A stretch of DNA of 64,000 nucleotides from Paraspadella gotoi (taxonomy: Eukaryota > Animalia > Chaetognatha), in NCBI GenBank assembly GCA_051294375.1, contig CM119263.1, positions 27,096,631 to 27,160,630 of the forward strand, written 5' to 3'. Shown here in pieces: positions 1-10,891 of the stretch. Both the position numbers and the translations under genes were made by a program. Every line of letters begins with the position of its first letter. Position 1 is the first letter of the stretch. Below the pieces are notes generated by a model. It made no database searches. It saw only the letters and a list, made by a program, of their open reading frames with translations, and was not told the DNA's origin.

Positions 1-30
1 TTTTGCGCAGTAATACAAATTTTTGTTAAG

Positions 31-233
31 TTTTATTAAAAAATATAAATTTCAGACATGTTTCGGCTTCAATGTTAGCCTTCATGAGCGCAAGAACGAA
101 TTGACTCATGAAACAAATATTTTCACAAACCCTCTCTCTCTCTCTCTTTCTTCAAACTTCAAATTCGATTTTGCGCTGATAAAAGCTTACATTGAAGCCG
201 AAACATGTCCAAAATTTATATTTTTTAATAAAA
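31..233. mobile_element. Inverted pair of degenerate hammerhead-containing repeats (probable Penelope-like pLTR remnants) around a (CT)n tract
   Basis: About 31-104 and 159-233 are inverted copies. Cores: 55-88 (-) CTCATGA-AGGCTAACATTGAAGCC-GAAACATGTC and 176-209 (+) CTGATAA-AAGCTTACATTGAAGCC-GAAACATGTC, each with one substitution in CUGANGA. Confidence 0.6.
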
Positions 234-308
234 AAGTCATTTTCTACCACAAACAAATAACGTAACGAAATGAAAGAAAAAACAATATTTTTGTTATATT
301 TTTTTAAA

Positions 309-394
309 GGTTAGCAATTAGGTTAAGAGTGGTTAGGGATTAGGGGTGATTAGGGTTAAGGGTGGTTAGGGATTAAGGGTAGTTAGTGTTAGGG
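309..394 (+). repeat. Degenerate TTAGGG-like tract
   Basis: Repeated GGTTAGGG/GATTAGGG/GGTTAAGG units; a similar looser tract lies at 26547-26705. Confidence 0.55.
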
Positions 395-429
395 CAGATT
401 TCAAAATGAAATTTGTAATAAAATATTTT

Positions 430-850
430 TTTACCTTTACTAGGGAAAGAATCATAAAATTATTGAAAGATGATGATGATGATCAGTTTTTTTTAATTTT
501 TATTGAAAAAATGTAAGAATTTTTAAAAGATATAATTATATTTCTTGTTTAACCTTTTATGCTTTATCAGAATCCATAAAAAAAATTTAAGATTTCAAAC
601 TTGACGAAAAACAGTTTATATTTCATCAACGATTTTTTTTTTGACAATTTTAAAGTCGTACATGTCGTACAAATAAAAATCGTTGTTAATGAAATAAAAA
701 CTGTTTTTCCTATATACCAAACACCGATAAGAAAGGTTTACAACAAAGATTTCAAACAATTTTTTTTATTTATAATATAAAATTTTAATGAGGCTCGTAC
801 CCTCAGAAGAAAAAGTTTTTGACAAAATTTCTATACTTCGCTCATAATAA
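430..850 (+). repeat. Degenerate fragment of the same AT-rich repeat subfamily
   Basis: GTAAGAATTTTTAAAAG...TATTTCTTGTTTAAC...ATCAGAATCCAT and GTACCCTCAGAAGAAA match 32730-32885. Confidence 0.55.
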
Positions 851-2596
851 GCGGAAAAAAAAAAATCACCGACCGCAAATGTAAAAATTAGCTAAAATGG
901 CCTTTCCCCGATCAAATAGGACTACAATTTCAGTCAAGCCTTCCGATTTCGCAGGATTAAAGCCCCTCCTAACCGGACCCAACCCCCCTAAAAGTTGAGG
1001 TAAAACAACTCGGCGGCAATAAAAGGCGCGCGGTTCTCCATCTCAAGCGGAATTGCTTTATTTCCTCGGAATTGCCGTATCGCGGCCATTGCGTTGCCAT
1101 AGCCACGCTGATTTTAAGTCTTTAAATGGGAAAATCGGGGTCAGGAAGGGGAAGCGGCCGACGCGCGGCCGGCGCAGGACCTCACGAAAAAAACGGCGAT
1201 AAAACGTCGCTTTATTCCCGCGCGGGCGCCGGCCGTCCCGAAGGGACCTCCCGCCCCGTCCGCCGGACGATTTATGCACTATCGAAATCGCTAAAGGTAA
1301 GGCGATCCGCGCGAGGTAAAAAAAAAAAGAACAATTCTTTTTCGGCGGTCGAATGTTTGTGACAAAATGTCTTTTCCGTTTTCCCCAGGCGATTGTCGTT
1401 AAGCGGTTTTATGCGGGACATTCGGGACGGGTGGGGAAGGCGGGAGCCGGGCTGGGGCCCTGCAGGAGGGCCAACGCATGTGCCAACCCGACTTTCTTTC
1501 GGTCCATGGATTCGTTTTAGCGGATCCAACAAAAAAAATCTAAAAAGATTTTTTTTTCTTCTTGGCTTTTGCGACTAAGGGCCGTTTCAACCCTTGACAC
1601 CTCGTGGCGGCAAAGTTCGGCCGGGCAGCCAAATGAGCTAAACAAAAAGCCAATTTCCAAGAAATTTTGCGGTGGCCGGCGGGGCCGCGCGACCCTGCCT
1701 CCAAGAACATTTCGCCCAATATTTTCGCGTTATTACTCAGTTTTATTTTTCGCCGTTTTGTGGCGGTTAGGAAATACTTAACCGTTTCTCAGCAGCTAGC
1801 TCACTTTACGGGTAGACTTATGCCGTTTCATTATATATAAAGAAAAACACGAGATATTATTAGTATTTGTAGTAAGTACACCTTTTATAAAATACAACAA
1901 TAACCCAAAAAAAATTAACAACAAACAGGGATTATAAAAAATATATTCTCCGCTTCTGCCCTCTGAGGAGGCAAGCGATCATCAATTCTTGTAAAAGAAA
2001 AAAGGTGAGATTCTAACATTGCTAAACAAAAGATAAAAATAGCGTGTAATCGATTAGATTAAATGTCATGATTAGCGGGAGAAAAAAATTGTTGTCTTCT
2101 TTTAATTTTGAGTGAAGGAGACAACACGGAATATTTTTGTCCCGGTGAATTGATAATTGCACTTAGTTGGCTGGTTAGGCGATGAGACAAGGCTTATAAA
2201 TATTACATTACAAATTGTAAGTCTAAATTTGTCAAAAAGTCAAATCAGTTACAAAGTGTTTCAGCATTCGCTAAACGATTGAATATAAAACAATCACGAG
2301 GCATTAATTCTTTGGGAATTCAATCCAGTCGCCTTTAAATATTGCTAAATGCTAATTAGATTTTTGGAAGAAGTTGCAAATCACTGTTCTACAAAAAAGT
2401 ACAATCACAAAAATTGTCGACATAAAAAAATAGCTACTTCTAACCACGGCATAAAACTTGTTACCGAAAAAAAATAATTTTTTTTTTAAACTTGTGTTGT
2501 GGGCGCGTGTTTGACGCTAAAAATAGAAAACAAGTGAAAACTTTTCAAGAAAATAATAACTAAGCCTAATTTATCAGGGATTCTCTTAATCGGTTT

Positions 2597-5500
2597 TCAT
2601 GTTCGCCCTCCGTTTCCTTGTTCGATGGAAATGTAATTGTAACACTTTTCCGGCAAAGAGGCCCTAATTTCCTCCACGTTAATGACGTCACGCTCCAAAT
2701 CCGTCACTTGACGCATGTAATCGGCGATCCACTGCTCTTGCTGCCGGGCGCCGATCTCCAGCCGTGAGCTTACCTTTTCCAGGTTGATCTCGCGCAGCCT
2801 GTCCTCGCCCTCCTCGAGATCGGCCTTGAGCCGTTCGATCTCGACGGGGTGGACAGCGGAGAGGTCGGCAAGGTCGCGAAGAATCCTCTCAAGGTCGCGT
2901 AACACCTCCGCCGCTTTGGCGGTCGACCGTTGAGCCCCATCGCGCGACGCTGCGGCAATTCGCTCCGAGTCGACGGCCTTTTCCGAGTCGGAGTCGGCGC
3001 GGTTTTCCAACTCACGCAGACTTCGCTCCGTATCATTGACTACGCCTGACAGCGTCTCCGTCTTGTCGCGAACCCTCTCCGCCTCAAAGACTGTCTCGCG
3101 CAGGATATCGGCATTTTTTTCGGCACCGACCCTGGCAACGTCGGCGATGTCTCCGGCCTCCTTGGCGTCGTCGAAGGATGATTCGGCACGTTTTCCGGCG
3201 TCAATCAGACCCTCGTTGGCGTCACGGGTCTTCGTCTCCGCATCGCGGATGAGCGCCTGGATCTCGCCGATTCGACTCAGCGCCTCTTCCGCCTCCGATC
3301 GAGAGGCGTTGACTTCGTTGTCAAAGTTTTTCAGAATTTCCAAAGTCTTTTTTCCTTCCTCAAGAATGGCCTCCGCCTTAGCCTTGGCCTCTTTAGCCAC
3401 GTTAAGTGCCACATCGGATCGGCCCAGCAGCTCATCCAAAACTTGCTGGAGCCGGACTGTGTCCTCGAACAAGAGCCGGGCTTCGTTGATGGCGTCGTAT
3501 ACCTGAGCGATGACCTCCTTGTGCTGCCGTTGGAGTCTCTCCGCCGCTTTTTCTATTGACTCTGCCTTATTAGTTACGTCCGCCGACTGTTCTTTTACCT
3601 TTTTGGCGCTCAAGGATGGTACCTCGTTCTGGAGAGACGAGGCAACCTCCTCCGCATTTTTTCGGCATTTCTTACTTTCTTTATAAAGGGTTAAGGACTC
3701 GTCGCGAAGAACTTTGATGTTGGAGTCAAACTCGTCAAAGGACCGCTTCAATGCTTTTAACTGCCTGTCCACGTCCTCTCCCTTAGTCAGCGCATCTCTG
3801 GCCATACGCATAGCATCTTCGGAGGTATTAAGGGCCTCTTTCGCTCTCGCCTCAATCGCGGCGGCGTTGTCGACGTGTTCCGCTGCCAAAGATCGAGACT
3901 CGTCGCGAAGTCGTCCCATCTCTTCCGCCTGTTCGCCCATTTTTAATTGAGCGCCTCTTGCTTTTTGGAGCGAATCCTTCCCGTCATCACGTATGGATTC
4001 TTTAAGTTGGGACAATAATTCCTCTATTCGATCAAGCGTCTCCCGCGTGGCCTTTCCTTTGCCGACGATAAAGTCCTTCTGCTCTTGCAATGCAGCGGAG
4101 ACGTTGAGCGCTTGCCGCGATCTCCGTTTCAGATCTTCCAAGCTCTTCAGGAAGGCGGTGAACCTACCAAAGGAACCCTCGTCGTTGGAGACCTTCCCCG
4201 CGTCCGCGAAGAGTTTCCCCACAGAGCCGACGACGTCTCTGAGCACCCTCTCAAAATCCTCGTCCGTGATTCTCGTCGCTGGGGTTCCCTCGGCAAGGAT
4301 ACGCTTGAGCCGCTCCACGGAAGCGCGGTATCGATTGACTCTGTCCTGAATGAGGCCGTAGCACGGAGGACACTCTTCGCAAGCCGAGCGAGACCCTCTT
4401 AGACCGAACATGTTCTCCGCGCACCGATCGCATTTGCGACCGACGACGTTGTCCCGGCACGGACATTGCCCAGTTTCGTCACACTGCGGGGAAGCACTGC
4501 CGATGCGGTCGCAATTGCAGGGCCGACATCCTTCAGGTGAGAAACCGTAGTATCCGGGTACGCACTGGTTGCATGCGCGACCGGCGACGCCCGGTTTGCA
4601 ATGACACTGGCCCGAGACGAGGTCGCAGGTGCTGTTGAGGGATCCGGTCGGGTCGCAGGCGCACATTTCACAACCCCGTCCAGAATCTAAATTCCAGTAA
4701 GCGGACTCGCATCTGTATAAAAATATAAAATGAAAAACTCTCAAAACAAATTTTCTCGTAAAAACAAATTGTCAGAAATTTTCACTACTTTTTTAAACGC
4801 ACTTATCGCATTGTCTCCCAACGACGTGAGGCAAGCAGGGGCACTGCCCGGTAGCTTGCTGGCACTGCAACTCTCCCACTTCATTGTCCAAGCGCGCGGT
4901 GCCGCGGTCGTAACAATTGCAACGTTTACATTTTGTCAGCGGAGAGGCGTTGCTGAGAGCGTTGCCGTAAAAGCCCTTCTCACATCGTTCACAGTTGAAG
5001 CCTCGAGTGTTGTAGATGCACTTGAGACATTGGCCGGTGATTCGGTCGCAGTTGCCAACGGCGTTGCGATCGAAATTGCCGCTGCACGCACAAGGGGAAC
5101 AGGTGCATCGGCCGTTGCCGATTTCGGAAACGTCGCAGGTGCGAAGGTCGCCGAAAAATCCATCTGGAATAGAAATGACGTTAAATTGACGTTAAAAAAC
5201 AAACAAGTTAAATAAATTATATACAATTGAAACATTCTTTGAAATATTTTCCACTTCATTGATAGGGAAGCCAGGTACTCTGGGAGTGAATAAACGAGAC
5301 TGTGAGAGAGTCTTGATGGAAAGCTTGCAGGGACCTGCTATGTCATTATCTTGTAAGAGTGATGGAGGCCTTAAACCACCAAAGCCTGTCCAAAGTCAGG
5401 GGCAAGATAGCTTATTTATTAAATGAATGGATAATTTTTATATTGGTTGTACCAATTTCATAAATTATAAAAACAAATACTAAATGTACTAAATGAAAGA

Positions 5501-8500
5501 AAATATCACCAGCGCAGCTATCGCATCTCGCTCCCGTGTATCCGTCCGCGCAGTTTGTACAAACGACTTCTCCGTCAGGATTCTCCACGCATTCTCCCCC
5601 CTGCGGGCAAGGGCATGCCCGGCAATCATCGGGCTGCCCGCGAAGGGCGTAGCCGTAGAATCCAGGGGCGCACCTTTCGCAATTGTCGCCGACTGTGTTG
5701 TGCTGGCAAATGCAGCGGCCCGTGTCGACGTCGCAAGTGTGCGAATGGCCGTTGCAGTTGCATGGCACGCAGCGGGAGAAGGGGCCACCGTTAGTAGGTT
5801 CGCGACGGAACCCGGGTTGACAAGACTCGCAAAACTGACCGACATATCCTATAGGAGAGTGAAATTTCCACAATAGAAAAAATAGCACGGTGAGGCGACT
5901 TATTAGGTCTGCTCTCTTACTTCCCTCTCTCTCTTCTCTGGCTCGTGCCGGTTCAGTCACCACGGCTACTTTGCCCCAGTTTTGGCAAAGTGACCATGGT
6001 GGCTGAACCGGCACGAGCAAGAGAAGAGAGAGAGGGAAGTAAGAGAGCAGACCTGCTAAGTCGCCTCAACGGCACAGTTACAAGATTCATACCTAACGGA
6101 CAGGTGCACTCTTCCACCCACGGAGCGGCGCTCTGGCCGGAAAGGGGCTCGCCGCGTCTCGCGCTCTCAAGCTGTACGTCGTCAAGCTGACCAACGTCTT
6201 CAGGCGAAAAGGTTCCGCGCACGCGCAATGCGGTAACGTTGGCCAAGAGTCTCTGGAACTGACTGGTTTGAAGTCGCGGGGTCCACTGAAAATTTGGGTG
6301 CTCGTGAAGTCGAAAGGAGTACTGCTGCGAGTTGATGTTAGGGAGTTTATTTCCTGGAGAAGAAAAAAAAAAGAAATATTAAACTCGGTGAATATTGTAA
6401 CATAAGTCTTTGACAGGCTTTTTCAGTGATAAATCAAAAATAATCCTCAAATATTTTCACCCTGAGCGAAAATGGGCGCGCTGATCTTAAATCCGCTCCC
6501 TTCCAAGACGACGTCGTTTCTCGTCGCTCGAGCGCCATCGTTCGAGACTTTGAGGCGAAACTTGAGTAGCTGATTATAGGAGAATTTTTGATCTCCGAGG
6601 AACTTGGACGGCGCCGAGAAATAGACGGAGGGGAATCGCGGCGTCGCTCTTGCCGTCAAAGAGGGCGGGGAATCGGCGGGCAATCGCGTCTGACCGGAAT
6701 CGTCGGTCGAGGTCCATCCGTCGGAAGATCTACGTAGTGAAACCATAATTGGTGGAACAATGTTACGAATTCGTTTTATAAAACAATTCATTTTCTTTAA
6801 AATACGACGCAACAGTATATTAAATTTGAGCATACAACTCTTTGGCAGCAATTTTAAATAAAAAAACATCAAACTGGCAACATTAAACTGGCAACATCAA
6901 AAAATTTTTACCATCTTCTTGAATATCTTTTCAGTTTACTACCTTGAGATAAATCGAACACCCTTCTACCCCTTTATTAACCTATCGAAGTCGGAAACGA
7001 CGTCCCGGGCGGCGTATTCCTTTGAAGCCACGCACTGGGAAGAATGTCCGAAGCAGAAACAGGCCATGCACCCGAATTCGTTTTGGAGATCAAGGTTGAA
7101 GAAGCCGGGTTTACATCTGTCTGGAGCATTTCCCACGTTTGAGATAAAAAGGTTAAAGGAAGAGCACGCGGAAAAAGTCGAGCAAAAATATGGTTTGTAT
7201 TTGCTTTCCTCGACCGCGGGAGTAGTTATTAGTAGCTCGTATTAAAACCAGGCAACCATTCATTTGATTTTGTCCAAGAGCAATTTCCTTAAGTATTAAT
7301 ATCTCAGTTTTGTCCCGCAAATAATAACATAAATGCTACATATATATACATAACTTATAGTTTAGTTTCTAAAAAGTTATTTCAACTTTTCACCCCAGAG
7401 CCGACCTGTCGCAGTTCTGCGCCTCAACGTTGTCCTTGCAGCGGCACACCCCGGTGCTGACTTCGCAGGAGGGATTGTTGTTGAGGGAACCCGCGGCGTC
7501 GCAGGCGCAGGATCGACATCCGTAATTCGAAAAGTCGTAAAAGTTGGGGAGACACCTGGAGGGAAGGAGAAGGATGAGAGGATGAAAGGCGATGACGAAG
7601 AAAGATTTCCCATCGACGTCATCGAAAAAGGAAACGTGACGTCGAATTACGAAAAGTGGATTATTCATCGCCGTTGGTAACTTGATAGTGACGTAGTTTT
7701 ATGTAAATTGATTAAAGAGAAAACAATTTCAGTAAACCAGACAAACATACAATTTTTTTTCTTTTTAAATTTATGATAATCTTTGATAACAAAATTTTTT
7801 AGCCGACATAAAACCGGCCAGATACAACTTCAAGAATAGTTTTATATTTAGCCTATGTTGCTTCAAATTTGTGATGTTTTTTTTTTAGGAAGTCTGGTAG
7901 TCACTTCGTCATAATATATAATATATAATAAATATATTTGCTGTTTGATCAAAGCATAAAAATTACCGATCGCATTTTTCCCCGCCGACGCCTTGCTTAC
8001 AGACACATCGACCAACGTCGTCGCATTGCAGATCTCTGGAACCAACAGGATTGCAGTAACATGGTTGGCATTCGTTGTTCTCCGGATTTCTGTAATGATC
8101 TTCCTTGCAGCGTTCGCAATGTGGTCCTTTAAAAAAAATATTTTAATAGAAAAAATTTGAGTTTGAGAGAATTTTGACTTTTCCTAGATTCATTATTCAC
8201 CGGCAGTATTTCGCTGACAGTCAAGACAATGGCCACCGCTCCCAGTCCGTCGGTAAAGTTCGTCGTCAAAAAAACACCTGAGATTATTTATTTATTAGAT
8301 GCTATTAGATTACAGGGTTTTAACTTCAATTTTTGTTTTCTTTAAAATAATCACCGATTGCTAAGACCATTGCAGTTACAAATTTTGCATTCTTGAGCGT
8401 CATCCAGGCTTGCCTTAGCCCAAGGTCGATCCTGATAAAAGGGAAGACATTCCCCGCAGTCCGGACCTAAAAACGAGATCACATTCCTAACCTTTTTCTT

Positions 8501-10496
8501 TTCCTCAAATATTTATAAGAAAGAAAGTAATTAAAGAGTTGACAAAACACGAAAACATCTTTCTATCTCCCGATTAGATTTTTACGACCCTTTCCCCGGA
8601 TTTACGATCTTTTGTTTCTCAACTCGGCAATAGCATCATCCTTCCCGAGGATGGCCACCTGTCGTGTTGTGTTCGCATCTACAGACGAGACGAGGCTCAA
8701 GGTTCAATCCGGTCGAATTGACGCACTCAGCGGCGTGACCGTTGCACTTGCAACGTCCTCCGACGGCAAAGTCCGAGATGGCGTAGTAGTAAGACTTGAG
8801 GACCTTGGGATCTCCGAAGACTTCGTCGCCGAACGTGTTTAGTCTAAAAGAATTGTTGACTATTTTTTAACCAATAAAATTTTTGACAACGCCCAAAAAT
8901 AAACTCGTAGAATAAACGAGATTAGAAATTCTGACTTCTGAGTTCGTCTTTTTTCCGGGGCTTATGACAATTAGCGTCATTTCCTGGGGGTTTGAGCCGA
9001 GTAAACATAACTTTCTTAAGCCCGCCGCCTCGGGGAAGGAAAGGGGGGAAGGTTGGAGAAGCGGGGTTAAAAAATCTACGACGATAAACTATAAAACAAA
9101 TAAGAGGCCTTTTTATCCGCTAGGGTAAGGAAGATGGGGGCGGCGGGGGGGAGTATTAAGCGGATCACGCATCAGATAAAGCGGTAAAACGACGAGTCAA
9201 GACCTATTGAGGGCGATCCTAATTCCGGTGGCCGAGACCCAGTCTTGAAGAACGGGAGAATTGTCGAAGTTATCTCGGGAGGGCCTGCCTTCGAGAGTGG
9301 AGAAGGGAATGCTTCCTCCCGTCAAGGGGCTGATATCCTGCGGAGAAGAGATCGGATGAAAGATGAGCCTCGATACGTAGAAGACACGGACGCCGCATCG
9401 GACCAAGATTAACGACCGCGAAAAAATCTTTTAAATCGTCTATTAATATGCAAATAAACTTGGAAGGCCGTCGAAATAAAAATATTCAAATGGCGTTGAC
9501 CTCTTAAAAAATTTAGTTTTGTTTTTTAACTTAATAAAATAAAAAAAGCATTATTTTCAATTTAATGATTAATAAAATTAAAAAAACAGTATCGCGAGCG
9601 ACAGGAGATGTGATAGAGGCGTATTTAATTAAAATTATTAGCAACGATTGCGACATTTTAATCTTATCTGTTATCGTACCGAGAATTCGTTGGTGCAGAG
9701 CGCCTTTTGTTCGTCCCCTACACGAATGATCTCTCGGTTCCTCAGCCCATACGTTGTCTCGCAAGACGCAGAGTAAAACTGTAGCGGCGTCCAGGGGCAA
9801 CTCTCGCACTTTTGCTTGTAGACGGCGAAGGATTCGGGGACGGAGGTGTGGAAGCGGAGGCGCACGTAGGTGATGTCGAAGGCCTTTCGCAGGTTGAGGG
9901 TCAAGTTAACCCCGTTGGGATACTGGACGCCCTGCAGCATAGTCTCCGACTGCCACCAGGTGTCGTTGGCGTCCTCGCGCGCGAAGTCTGTGAGGAATCT
10001 GGCCGGGTGCGACTTGCGGTGGTCGCGAGCGTCGCAGATGTCGCACTCTTTCCGGGCACCCGTCACGCCTGGAAGAACAAAAGGCGAACGGTGGCAGATA
10101 TTCTTAGATATTACAAATGTTTTATTTTTTAAGAAATATTTTAGTACCCGTCTGACTGCAAAATTGAATTGGAGGAATTCCGCAGGTGTTGGTGGCTTCA
10201 ACCTCCCGGTTGAAGGCGGCGTTGACGAATGATGGAATGCATCTTTGCGCTCGGCCTAGATATTATACAATCTACCCATTAGGCCTTTATTATTTTTCAA
10301 TTCCTTTGCTTATCATTCATAAAACTAAGTATTAACTGGAAATACCTCGGACGTCGTAACATAGACTGGGGCCGCGCGTCTGAGGAACGTTGAAGACGTC
10401 GATGCCAGAGTCCGGGGCCCGCGGCCGACCGTACTCGAACAGTTGGCCGAACGTCGAACTCACGGAGCAGATGAAAACAACGATTGCAAAATACAT
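2597..10496 (-). CDS. LAMC1: Laminin subunit gamma (gamma-1/LanB2/lam-2-like), 15 exons, ~1648 aa
   Basis: Exons, all GT-AG: 10346-10496, 10148-10255, 9680-10068, 9204-9337, 8659-8843, 8355-8466, 8201-8277, 7967-8126, 7406-7555, 6982-7116, 6461-6729, 6093-6353, 5510-5848, 4803-5163, 2597-4712 (sum 4947 nt, in frame). Signal peptide [17 protein letters not shown]; LN domain ([62 protein letters not shown]); LE repeats; L4/LamB domain ([18 protein letters not shown]); nidogen-binding-type loop [10 protein letters not shown]; long coiled coil; no LG domains; gamma-type tail [12 protein letters not shown]. Confidence 0.96.
5222..5459 (+). mobile_element. Young 5'-truncated retroposon, longest copy (laminin intron 13)
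   Basis: Ends ...ATATTGGTTGTACCAATTTC; flanked by the 10-bp direct repeat ATAAATTATA; identical 3' sequence recurs at four other sites. Confidence 0.8.
5891..6068. mobile_element. 178-bp foldback (fully palindromic) non-autonomous element in laminin intron 12, TG...CA ends, 4-bp TSD ACGG
   Basis: 85-bp arms (5891-5975 and 5984-6068) with 7 mismatches and an 8-nt loop; ACGG directly flanks both ends. Removing it leaves a 62-nt intron, typical of this gene. Confidence 0.8.
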
Positions 10497-10891
10497 GATT
10501 AAGAGGATAATCTCGCCAGTTTTTCGTAGAGTGTTTTTTAATCCTGAAAAACGTTTATTACTCGTCGTCTTTTTTAAATTACGATATTGCTGTCCTTAAG
10601 AGATCCATTGTTGACATTGGCGGGGTAGGACGCCTCTGATGTAAACGGGATTCAGAAACGTAAAAGCGAACGTAAAAAATAATAATTTTAAAAATGAAAA
10701 AGGGAATTTTTAGGGAATACATAATATCAGTATTTATATCTATATTTATAGCAGTATCGTATGTTCGACACAGTTGATTTTATTTTAGTGCAAGTGAAAA
10801 AAAAACTTACGTGCAATAACAAAGTAAGAAAATATTGCGATTAAACCTAAAAACATTTAGGTTAAATATTCATTTAAGTCGACGCGACGTA

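Noticed and set aside
309-394. Telomere
   Set aside because: Short, degenerate and internal; not a pure (TTAGGG)n array.
3036-5215. Plus-strand ORFs of 100-160 aa
   Set aside because: Antisense shadows of GC-rich laminin exons.
2597-10496. Netrin or laminin beta/alpha identity
   Set aside because: L4 domain, nidogen-type loop, long coiled coil and absence of NTR/LG domains fit a gamma chain.
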